This document shows positions 35,853 to 42,767 of a stretch of 60,812 nucleotides of DNA, piece by piece. The stretch's first letter is position 1; every line of letters begins with the position of its first letter. The notes beneath the pieces were generated by a model. The model saw only the letters and a program-made list of their open reading frames with translations, made no database searches and was not told the origin of the DNA. The position numbers and the translations under genes are program-made. The DNA is from an uncultured Clostridia bacterium (GTDB taxonomy: Bacteria; Bacillota; Clostridia; Oscillospirales; Oscillospiraceae), in NCBI GenBank assembly GCA_947164825.1, contig CAMUYE010000001.1, positions 1-60,812 of the forward strand. Direction: 5' to 3'.

Positions 35853-36597
35853 GGTCTTCCTCCTCCAATTCCTGAATGAATTTCTTTTCGGCCTTGGTTT
35901 TGTCGGGCAGGCGGAGCCGGGCGAAGAGGTCCGGGCGGCGGCGCATGGTGCGGAGAATGGACTGCTTCCGCCGCCAGCGGGCCACCTTGGCGTGGTCACC
36001 GGAGGTCAGGATCTCCGGCACGGGGCGGTCGTGCCAGACGGCGGGGCGGCTGTACTGGGGGTATTCCAGCAGGCCGTTCCAGTGGCTCTCCTCCTCAAAG
36101 CATTCCGGGTCCGAGAGCACGCCCGGCAGCAGGCGGCAGACCGCGTCGGTGATCGCCATGGCCGCGATCTCTCCGCCCGTCAGGACGAAATCGCCCAGGG
36201 AGAGCTCCTCGTCCACGCACTCGTCGATGAAGCGCTGGTCGATGCCCTCGTAGTGGCCGCAGACCAGGATCAGGTTCTCGTAGGCGGCAGCCAGGCGGCG
36301 GGCGCAGCCCTGGTCGAAGACCTGGCCGCAGGGGGACATATAAATCGTATGCGGACGGAGGCCGATTTCTTCGCAGATATGGGCCCAGCAGCGGTAGAGC
36401 GGGTCCGCCTGCATGACGGCTCCCCGGCCCCCGCCGTAGGGATAGTCGTCCACCTGGTTCTGCTTGTTGGTGGTGTAGTCCCGGATCTGGTGGGTGCGGA
36501 TCGTGATAAAGCCCCGCTCCTGGGCCCGGCCCAGGATCGATTCGGACAGCACGTCTCCCACAGTATCCGGGAAGAGGGTCATAATGTCAATTCTCAT
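35812..36597 (-). CDS. trmD: tRNA (guanine37-N1)-methyltransferase
   Basis: MRIDIMTLFPDTVGDVLSESILGRAQERGFITIRTHQIRDYTTNKQNQVDDYPYGGGRGAVM...VLTGGEIAAMAITDAV (trefoil-knot SAM site). Confidence 0.95.
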   Translation of the reverse strand: MRIDIMTLFPDTVGDVLSESILGRAQERGFITIRTHQIRDYTTNKQNQVDDYPYGGGRGAVMQADPLYRCWAHICEEIGLRPHTIYMSPCGQVFDQGCARRLAAAYENLILVCGHYEGIDQRFIDECVDEELSLGDFVLTGGEIAAMAITDAVCRLLPGVLSDPECFEEESHWNGLLEYPQYSRPAVWHDRPVPEILTSGDHAKVARWRRKQSILRTMRRRPDLFARLRLPDKTKAEKKFIQELEEEDHEFQIRYAENLGR

Positions 36598-37153
36598 CCG
36601 TCTCCATCCCTTCGATCAGGTTCACGTTGACGTAACCAAGGGTGAGGTCGATGGCGGGGACGAAGGTCTTCACGTTGGGGATCATATACGCCTTCTCCCC
36701 TTTTACGACCCAGACGTCGGAGGACGGCATGGAGAGGATCTCGGTGATCCTGCCGATCTCCGCGCCGTCGGCCCGGACCGGCATGCCGATCAGGTCCGCC
36801 TGGAAGACCGTGCCCGCAGGGATGCGGGAATCGTCCCGGGCGATGGAGAGCACCTTGTCCCGGAGCTTCTGGGCGTCCTCCACGGTGTCGACGCCCTTGA
36901 ATTTGATCAACACGCAGCTCTTCTGGACGCGGCTCGATTCCACCGCCAGCGCCGTAGGGGTCGGCGTCCCCGACGGCCCGCGGGTATCAGAAATCGACAG
37001 GTTCGGGGCGTCGAGGACGCCGCCCCCTACGAGATAAAAGGTCTTGAACCGGGTCAGAAATTCCGGGCTGTCGGCCCAGGGCAGGACCTTGACCTCACCC
37101 CGGATCCCGTGGGTGGAGACGATCTTCCCGGCTTCAAGGTATGTTTCATTCAT
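36587..37153 (-). CDS. rimM: 16S rRNA processing protein RimM carrying an in-frame REPIN-like insertion
   Basis: Trimmed to ATG 37151-37153. The N-terminal barrel (LEAGKIVSTHGIRGEVKVLPWADSPE) and the PRC barrel (FQADLIGMPVRADGAEIGRITEILSMPSSDVWVVKGE) are in the same frame on both sides of aa 41-68 (LVGGGVLDAPNLSISDTRGPSGTPTPTA), which is encoded by the repeat. Confidence 0.88.
   Translation of the reverse strand: MNETYLEAGKIVSTHGIRGEVKVLPWADSPEFLTRFKTFYLVGGGVLDAPNLSISDTRGPSGTPTPTALAVESSRVQKSCVLIKFKGVDTVEDAQKLRDKVLSIARDDSRIPAGTVFQADLIGMPVRADGAEIGRITEILSMPSSDVWVVKGEKAYMIPNVKTFVPAIDLTLGYVNVNLIEGMETDEN
36954..37030. repeat. REPIN-like doublet copy 3, located inside the rimM reading frame
   Basis: GTAGGGGTCGGCGTCCCCGACGGCCC (36954-36979), 25 nt, GGGGCGTCGAGGACGCCGCCCCCTAC (37005-37030). 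Same architecture and spacing as copies at 797-873 and 2078-2154. Confidence 0.85.
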
Positions 37154-37182
37154 GCTTCGGTCTCTCCTTCCGGGAGGTTTTT

Positions 37183-37398
37183 GCGGGCAGATTGCCCGCG
37201 CTGCAGTTCTCATACTGAACTCCCATAGAAACCTTTAATCTGTTTCGGCAGAAATTGTGTCATACTTCGTTGTCGTCCTTGCCGGGCGTCAAGCCCGCCT
37301 GCGTCCTCCGCCTCGTCTGACGCAATTCCTGCACGGAACATTTTTCAATCTTTCTATGGGAGTTCAGTATCAATTCTCAATTTTCAATTCTAAATTCC
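37183..37398. repeat. palindromic core + 7-bp array, interrupted by a MITE-like insertion
   Basis: GCGGGCAGATTGCCCGCGCTGCAGTTCTC [159-bp insert] CAATTCTCAATTTTCAATTCTAAATTCC. The same core GCGGGCAGATTGCCCGCGCTAC followed by a heptad array occurs at 46941-47001. Confidence 0.75.
37212..37370. mobile_element. MITE-like element, 159 bp, 20-bp perfect terminal inverted repeats, no coding capacity
   Basis: ATACTGAACTCCCATAGAAA (37212-37231) is the exact reverse complement of TTTCTATGGGAGTTCAGTAT (37351-37370). The flanks CAGTTCTC (37204-37211) and CAATTCTC (37371-37378) match at 7 of 8 positions as direct repeats. Confidence 0.6.
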
Positions 37399-37435
37399 AA
37401 AAAGGGCCGCTGCTCTTGAAGCAGCAGCCCTTTTT
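37399..37435 (-). terminator. intrinsic (bidirectional) terminator after the KH-domain gene
   Basis: AAAAAGGGCCGCTGCTC-TTGA-AGCAGCAGCCCTTTTT, directly after the stop at 37439. Confidence 0.75.
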
Positions 37436-37438
37436 GGC

Positions 37439-37666
37439 TTAATCTACGATCTCCACGCTGACACGGATGCCCTGGCGCTGCGCCACGGACTTCATAATCG
37501 CGCGGATTTCTCTGGCGATCCGGCCCTCGCGGCCAATGACCTTGCCCATATCCTCGGGGGCAACACGAAGCTCCAGGACCAGGGGGTCGCCCTCATAGGA
37601 CTCCACCGTGACCTGCTCCGGATGCTCCACCAGGTTGCGGGCGATATAGAGCAACAGTTCCTTCAT
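37439..37666 (-). CDS. KH-domain RNA-binding protein (YlqC/UPF0109 family)
   Basis: 75 aa. MKELLLYIARNLVEHPEQVTVESYEGDPLVLELRVAPEDMGKVIGREGRIAREIRAIMKS. Conserved position between rpsP and rimM. Confidence 0.9.
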   Translation of the reverse strand: MKELLLYIARNLVEHPEQVTVESYEGDPLVLELRVAPEDMGKVIGREGRIAREIRAIMKSVAQRQGIRVSVEIVD

Positions 37667-37683
37667 CGTTCAGCCCTCGGTTC

Positions 37684-37923
37684 TTACAGAACGCCGGCCT
37701 TCTTCAGCAGTCCTCTGACAGTATCGGTGGGTTGCGCGCCGTTCTTGATCCAGGTCTGGGCCTTCTCCGCGTCCACGGTGATGGCAGAGGGATTGGCCTG
37801 GGGATCGTAGGTGCCGATCTCTTCGATGCAGCGGCCGTCGCGGGGGCTGCGGGAGTCAGCGACAACAATGCGGTAGTAGGGGTTCTTCTTGGCGCCCATG
37901 CGTCTCAGTCTGATTTTAACCAT
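37684..37923 (-). CDS. rpsP: 30S ribosomal protein S16
   Basis: [41 protein letters not shown].... Confidence 0.97.
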   Translation of the reverse strand: MVKIRLRRMGAKKNPYYRIVVADSRSPRDGRCIEEIGTYDPQANPSAITVDAEKAQTWIKNGAQPTDTVRGLLKKAGVL

Positions 37924-37953
37924 GATGATTCTCCTTATTGTTTATAATGATTA

Positions 37954-37995
37954 TTTCATTTTCAACTTTCAATTTTCATTTCAACTTTCAACTTT
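37954..37995. repeat. AT-rich 7-bp tandem array (ATTTTCA/ACTTTCA) between ffh and rpsP
   Basis: ATTTCATTTTCAACTTTCAATTTTCATTTCAACTTTCAACTTTT, abutting the ffh stop codon (37996-37998). Confidence 0.8.
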
Positions 37996-39357
37996 TTACA
38001 TGCCCGGGAAGCCGCCCATGCCTGGGAAGCCGCCGCGCTTCTGCAGCTTTTTCAGTTTCTTGTTGGCTCCCTTGCCGGAGAACTGCTTGATCATCTGCTG
38101 CATGGTCTGGAATTGCTTCAGCAGCTTGTTCACGTCCTCCACCCGGGTGCCGCTGCCGGCGGCGATGCGCTTTTTGCGGCTGGAACCCAGGACGTTGGGA
38201 TTCTCCCGTTCGTAGGGCGTCATGGACCGGATGATGGCTTCGGTGCGGCCCATGGCCTTTTCGTCCACCTGGACGTCCTTCATGGCTCCCATGCCGGGGA
38301 TCATGCCGATGAGGTCCTGGAGGTTGCCCATGTTTTTGAGCTGGTTGAGCTGGTCCAGGAAATCCGTCAGGGTGAACTTGTTCTGGCGCAGGCGCTCCTC
38401 CAGCTCGGCGGCCTTCTTTTGGTCGATGGCCTGCTCCGCCTTTTCGATGAGAGAGAGCACGTCGCCCATGCCCAGGATCCGGCCTGCCATGCGGCCGGGA
38501 TGGAAGGGCTCGATCTGATCCAGCTTCTCGCCCACGCCGATGAACTTGATGGGCTTGCCGGTGACGGCCTTGACGGACAGGGCCGCGCCGCCCCGGGCGT
38601 CGCCGTCCAGCTTGGTGAGCATGACGCCGTCGATGTCCAGCCGCTCGTTGAAGCTCTGGGCAGCGTTCACCGCGTCCTGGCCGGTCATGGCGTCCACCAC
38701 CAGCAGGATCTCCGTGGGCCTGAGCTCGGCCTTGATGGCCTGCAGCTCCTGCATGAGCTTTTCATCCACGTGCAGACGGCCCGCGGTATCCAGGAACACC
38801 ATGTCGTTGCCGTGCTGCTGGGCGTGGCGCAGACTGGCCTTGGCGATCTTCACGGGATCGTCCTGCCCCATCTGGAAAACGGGGATGTCCAGCTGGCCGC
38901 CCACCACCTCCAACTGCTTGATGGCGGCGGGGCGGTAGACGTCGCAGGCCACCAGCAGGGGGCGCTTGTTCTGGGTCTTCTTGAACCAGCCGGCGAGCTT
39001 GGCGCCGTTGGTGGTCTTGCCCGCGCCCTGGAGGCCCACCAGCATCACGATGGTGGGGCCGTTGGAAGCCATGGTCAGCTTCTGGTTCTCGCCGCCCATC
39101 ATGGCGGTGAGCTCCTCGTTGACGATCTTGACCACCATCTGAGCGGGATTCAGACCCTCCAGCACGTCGCTGCCCACGCAGCGCTCCGTGACGGTCTTGG
39201 TGAAGTCCTTGACGACCTTGTAGCTCACGTCCGCTTCCAGCAGAGCCATCTTGATCTCGCGCATGGCCTCCTTGACGTCGGCAGGCGTCAGGCGGCCCTT
39301 GCTCCGCAGCCGCTGAAAGGCGGCGGAGAGCTTTTCAGTTAAGCCTTCGAATGCCAC
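37996..39357 (-). CDS. ffh: signal recognition particle protein
   Basis: GTG start after AAGGAG. GLQGAGKTT, DTAGRL, TKLDGDARGG, and a Met-rich M domain with C-terminal GFPGMGGFPGM. Confidence 0.97.
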   Translation of the reverse strand: MAFEGLTEKLSAAFQRLRSKGRLTPADVKEAMREIKMALLEADVSYKVVKDFTKTVTERCVGSDVLEGLNPAQMVVKIVNEELTAMMGGENQKLTMASNGPTIVMLVGLQGAGKTTNGAKLAGWFKKTQNKRPLLVACDVYRPAAIKQLEVVGGQLDIPVFQMGQDDPVKIAKASLRHAQQHGNDMVFLDTAGRLHVDEKLMQELQAIKAELRPTEILLVVDAMTGQDAVNAAQSFNERLDIDGVMLTKLDGDARGGAALSVKAVTGKPIKFIGVGEKLDQIEPFHPGRMAGRILGMGDVLSLIEKAEQAIDQKKAAELEERLRQNKFTLTDFLDQLNQLKNMGNLQDLIGMIPGMGAMKDVQVDEKAMGRTEAIIRSMTPYERENPNVLGSSRKKRIAAGSGTRVEDVNKLLKQFQTMQQMIKQFSGKGANKKLKKLQKRGGFPGMGGFPGM

Positions 39358-39389
39358 AGGCGCGATCTCCTTTCGTTAGGGTTCGTTTT

Positions 39390-39550
39390 CGGAATTGAAA
39401 ATTGAAAGTTGAAAATTGAAAATGGAGGTGTTTTTCAGATTGCCATCTGAAAAGCAGAAATGAAACCGGCTTGAAAGCTGATCTCTATCTTTTCAGCGTT
39501 CAAATGGCAATTTGAACGATCCCTCAACTTTCAACTATCAATTATCAATT
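39390..39550. repeat. composite element: left array (GAAAATT/GAAAGTT) + two AT-rich hairpins + right array (inverted)
   Basis: GGAATTGAAAATTGAAAGTTGAAAATTGAAAAT ... GGAG..TTTTCAGAT-TGCC-ATCTGAAAA ... GTTCAAAT-GGCA-ATTTGAAC ... CCTCAACTTTCAACTATCAATTATCAATTT. The right array encodes the last residues and the stop of ylxM. Confidence 0.8.
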
Positions 39551-39888
39551 TGCCGCAGAGCCGCCGCAGCGTTCCGGAGGGCTTCTTCCGTTTCCCGCCG
39601 GCTCATATCCTGCAGGGAAGCGGCCAGCGCCTCCAGGCGGGCGGCGATCTGCAGATCCCGGCGCTCCCGGTCCAGGCAGCCCGTGACCTCTTCGTAGCGC
39701 AGAAGCTGAGCCTCGGCCCGGGTCACCGCGTCGTGGATGCCCTGCCGGCTGGTGCCCTGGAGCTCGGCGATCTCCGCCAGGGTCAGGTCCTGGTTGCAGT
39801 AGAGGTCGAAGCAGTCCCGCTGCTTTTCCGTCAGCAGCTCTCCGTAGCAGTCCAGCAGCAGCGCCATGGTCAGCTTGTCCGGTTTCAT
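39538..39888 (-). CDS. ylxM: YlxM/UPF0122 putative DNA-binding protein (sigma-70 region-4-like HTH) preceding ffh
   Basis: Trimmed to ATG 39886-39888. LLLDCYGELLTEKQRDCFDLYCNQDLTLAEIAELQGTSRQGIHDAVTRAEAQL. Confidence 0.88.
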   Translation of the reverse strand: MKPDKLTMALLLDCYGELLTEKQRDCFDLYCNQDLTLAEIAELQGTSRQGIHDAVTRAEAQLLRYEEVTGCLDRERRDLQIAARLEALAASLQDMSRRETEEALRNAAAALRQIDN

Positions 39889-39942
39889 GGGAAGGACCTC
39901 CTTGCGAGAGCATGTCAAGGTCAATTCTTTGACAGCTCGCAC

Positions 39943-39971
39943 AGTATAGCACAGCGCGGGGCGTTTGTCAA
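39943..39971 (-). promoter_or_regulatory. sigma-70-type promoter of ylxM-ffh
   Basis: Minus strand: TTGACA (39971-39966), 17 nt, TATACT (39948-39943). Confidence 0.65.
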
Positions 39972-40040
39972 GGGAAAAAATTTGACAGTTTACGGGTCCC
40001 TGCAGAGAAGCTGACAGTTTGACCGTCTCCTGCCGCCGCC

Positions 40041-40496
40041 TTAATGCAGATCCTCGGGGGTAAGATCCGGGGCTTCGGTGGTGTTCAAGGGGATATCCTC
40101 GCCGCTGTCGTCGGAGGGAACGCCGGACGAAGCGGGTTCGGACGCCGCGGATTCGGAGGGATCGGGATCGGACTGGCCGGGATTGGGCTGGGACGGGTTC
40201 GTCTGATCCTTGTCGGGCTTGCTTTCGCCGGTGCTTTCTCCCGGATCCTTGCCGGGCTGCTCGTCAGAGGCGTCGACCTTTGTGGCCGCGGCGGGATCGG
40301 CGGCAGTGTCGGAAGGCGTATTCTCCTCTCCCTCCTTCGAGTCGTCCGCGGGGCGCTGACTTCCAACGGGATCCGCAATGCCGGGCAGGGTCGCCTGGGG
40401 CTGGCTCTCGTTTTCTCCCTCTCCGCCGCAGGCAGAGAAGAGCGACGCCATCAGCAGCAGCGTCAGCAAAACAGCGATCAGTTTCGAAAGTTTCAT
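40041..40496 (-). CDS. low-complexity secreted lipoprotein (151 aa)
   Basis: Signal peptide plus lipobox LFSAC, followed by a Pro/Asp/Ser/Glu-rich sequence. Confidence 0.6.
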   Translation of the reverse strand: MKLSKLIAVLLTLLLMASLFSACGGEGENESQPQATLPGIADPVGSQRPADDSKEGEENTPSDTAADPAAATKVDASDEQPGKDPGESTGESKPDKDQTNPSQPNPGQSDPDPSESAASEPASSGVPSDDSGEDIPLNTTEAPDLTPEDLH

Positions 40497-40520
40497 AGTT
40501 GTTTCCTCATACTTCTAATT

Positions 40521-40573
40521 TGTGCTTGTTGCTTGTTCTTCCGGCGCGGCGGCCTGAGGTCAGGCCGCCCTAC
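40521..40573 (-). repeat. GTAG-headed REP with adjacent short heptad array; its GTAG supplies the stop codon of the upstream gene
   Basis: Minus strand: GTAG GGCGGCCTGA-CC-TCAGGCCGCC GCGCCGGAA GAACAAG CAACAAG CACA. The TAG of GTAG (40570-40572) is the stop of CDS 40570..40779. Confidence 0.8.
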
Positions 40574-40779
40574 GGGCGGTCCTTTCGGGGCAGGGGCCGT
40601 TTGTTCCCCTTTTCGTCCACAAGCCAGGTGTGGTCCAGCTGGCCGGTCAGGCTGGCCTTGACCGCTGCGATGTATTCCTTGCGCAGCGCGTCCCGTTCGG
40701 CGATTTCCGCCTCGGTCAGCCCCTCGGCTTTGGCCTTCCGGGCCAGGACGTTGATGCGGTCGATTTTTTCCTGCTTCAT
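40570..40779 (-). CDS. DUF896 (YnzC/UPF0291) family protein
   Basis: MKQEKIDRINVLARKAKAEGLTEAEIAERDALRKEYIAAVKASLTGQLD.... Confidence 0.85.
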   Translation of the reverse strand: MKQEKIDRINVLARKAKAEGLTEAEIAERDALRKEYIAAVKASLTGQLDHTWLVDEKGNKRPLPRKDRP

Positions 40780-40799
40780 AATAATACCATCACAACTTA

Positions 40800-42575
40800 T
40801 TATCCAACCGCGTTGGAAACGGTTTTTATGACCTTCATGGTCTCCGGGTCGGTGACGCAGACCTCGCCGGGGCTGCAGATATAGAGAATGCCGTTCAGAA
40901 GCAGGGCCCGGGCGTCGGCAGGGACGTATTCCAGCTGGAAGGAGCCGTTGATCCGGAGCTTGGAGCCGTCCCAGGCGGCCAGCAGGTATTCGTTCCCGTT
41001 TTTCCCGGCTGTGGGGAAGCCGATGAGGCCGTTGACGGGATCGGTGAAAAAGGCGCCGGGATCCGAGAGGGAGGCCGTGGGGGCGTGCCCGCCCAGGTTC
41101 AGACTGGCCGCTTTGACCGGTTCGGCGGGGTCCGTCACGTCGTAGACCGCCAGCTCCCAGTCCTCCCCTTCCCCGGGCTCGGAGATGCCGAGGACACAGC
41201 CCTCCCCGAAGGACCGCAGCAGCAGGGTCTCCCCCGGGCAGGACAGGCTCCCGCTGGGGGCGGGGCGGGCGGGATCGGCGAGGTTCGCCAGGTAGACCGC
41301 GGCAGCGTCTCCCGCCGTGATCCAGGCCAGGCCGCCCACGAAGCGGCAGGCCCCGGCGTTTTGCTCTCCGCCCAGGGCGGTCAGGGCGCCGGTCACGTTC
41401 AGATCCCCGTCCAGCAGGGACAGGGCGGCGCTCCGGTTCAGGGAATGGAGCTCGTAGTTGGTCCAGCCATGGTTTTCGTCGGTGTAGGCCGAGAAGCTGC
41501 GGCTGTCCTTCTGGGTGAAGAGGCCGAGGCCGCTGCTCAGAAGCTCCAGAGCCGAAGGATCGGACAGGGCGCCCTCCAGGACGCAGCCGCCCTCCAGCCG
41601 GAGCTGATTGTTCTCCAGCCGGAGCTTCCGCAGCTCGGTCCGGGCCGCAGTGTCATAGTCCACGACCGTGTAAGGGGCCTCCTGCCGGGGGGCGGAGGCG
41701 GTCTCGGACCAGATCGTCCGGGCCAGCCAGAGGCAGTCGCCCGACGGGCGAACGGCGTCCACGCCGTCGGTAAAGGCCAGAGCGTCGGCGATCCGACCGT
41801 CGGAGAGCCGCACCGCGGCCGCGACGGTCAGGGCCGTCCGGGCCGGTTCGGGGGCGATATAGACGTCTCCTGCGGTCAGGCGCAGCTCCTTGCCGTTCTC
41901 CCAGAGCCGGGGCAGCAGCTCGTCGCCGGTTTCGGGCAGGGCCGACAGGGTCCGCCGGGTCACCAGGCAGAGGGTCCCGTTCAGCAGACAGGCCTCCGTC
42001 AGGCTCCCCTCCACAGCGGTCTCGGCCAGCAGAAGCGGCGCGTTTTTGTCGGACAGGTCCAGCAGGATCACCCGGGTCTCCGCGGCGTTGTACAGGGCCT
42101 CGCCGTCTTCGCCGGTCTCAGAGACCGAGCACACCACGGCGGCCCGGTCCCCCTCCACGTAGAGCCGCTCGGACCAGCCGCTCCCGCCCCGGTCCACCCG
42201 GGTGTAGGAGAGGATCTCGCTGTCGGCCCCGGCGGCGGAGCAGACGATCAGGCCGTAGCGGTCCAGCATGTACAGATAGGAGCCGTCCGTCGCCGCCGTA
42301 TCCTCGTCGGGTCCGGCGTCGGCGGCCAGCCGAAGCCGGGGCGCGGCCTCGGCCTCGCCCGCCCAGTCCGGAGCCAGGGTCTGGCCCACGGCGGAGAGGG
42401 AGGCCAGGACGGCCTCGGCGTTCCCCGCGGGGATCAGGGTCCCCAGGGGCTGCCGCTCCACACTCCCCCGCTCGGCAAAGAGGGATTCCCCCGCCGATTC
42501 GGGCTTCTTGCCGCAGGCGGTAAACAGCCCGGCCAGGAGGCAGAGGGCCAACAGCAGGCAAAGTGTCTTTTTCAC
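40800..42575 (-). CDS. secreted beta-propeller-domain lipoprotein (591 aa)
   Basis: GTG start after AAAGGAGGAA, lipobox LFTAC. TDGSYLYMLDRYGLIVCSA... and repeated strand-rich blocks fit the bacterial Beta_propel family. Confidence 0.7.
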   Translation of the reverse strand: MKKTLCLLLALCLLAGLFTACGKKPESAGESLFAERGSVERQPLGTLIPAGNAEAVLASLSAVGQTLAPDWAGEAEAAPRLRLAADAGPDEDTAATDGSYLYMLDRYGLIVCSAAGADSEILSYTRVDRGGSGWSERLYVEGDRAAVVCSVSETGEDGEALYNAAETRVILLDLSDKNAPLLLAETAVEGSLTEACLLNGTLCLVTRRTLSALPETGDELLPRLWENGKELRLTAGDVYIAPEPARTALTVAAAVRLSDGRIADALAFTDGVDAVRPSGDCLWLARTIWSETASAPRQEAPYTVVDYDTAARTELRKLRLENNQLRLEGGCVLEGALSDPSALELLSSGLGLFTQKDSRSFSAYTDENHGWTNYELHSLNRSAALSLLDGDLNVTGALTALGGEQNAGACRFVGGLAWITAGDAAAVYLANLADPARPAPSGSLSCPGETLLLRSFGEGCVLGISEPGEGEDWELAVYDVTDPAEPVKAASLNLGGHAPTASLSDPGAFFTDPVNGLIGFPTAGKNGNEYLLAAWDGSKLRINGSFQLEYVPADARALLLNGILYICSPGEVCVTDPETMKVIKTVSNAVG

Positions 42576-42602
42576 GCGCTTTCCTCCTTTCGGGGGAGTT
42601 CA

Positions 42603-42711
42603 TAAGTAAGAAGTAAGAAGTAAGAAGCAGGAAGTAAGCGGACAAGCGATGCTTGTCCCTACATTATAATTCTCAAGATAATTCTCATTTCTCACTTCTC
42701 AATTCTCAATT
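42603..42711. repeat. composite element: (GAAGTAA)n array + GTAG-headed REP + (AATTCTC)n array
   Basis: TAAGTAAGAAGTAAGAAGTAAGAAGCAGGAAGTAAG C GGACAAGC-GAT-GCTTGTCC CTAC ATTATAATTCTCAAGATAATTCTCATTTCTCACTTCTCAATTCTCAATTG. Confidence 0.85.
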
Positions 42712-42751
42712 GAAAAAGCTCCCCATGCAAGACGGGAGGCCCTGCATGGGG
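42712..42751 (-). terminator. intrinsic terminator after ispH-rpsA
   Basis: Minus strand: CCCCATGCA-13 nt-TGCATGGGG followed by AGCTTTTTC. Confidence 0.75.
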
Positions 42752-42767
42752 AACGGAGAATGTACGC

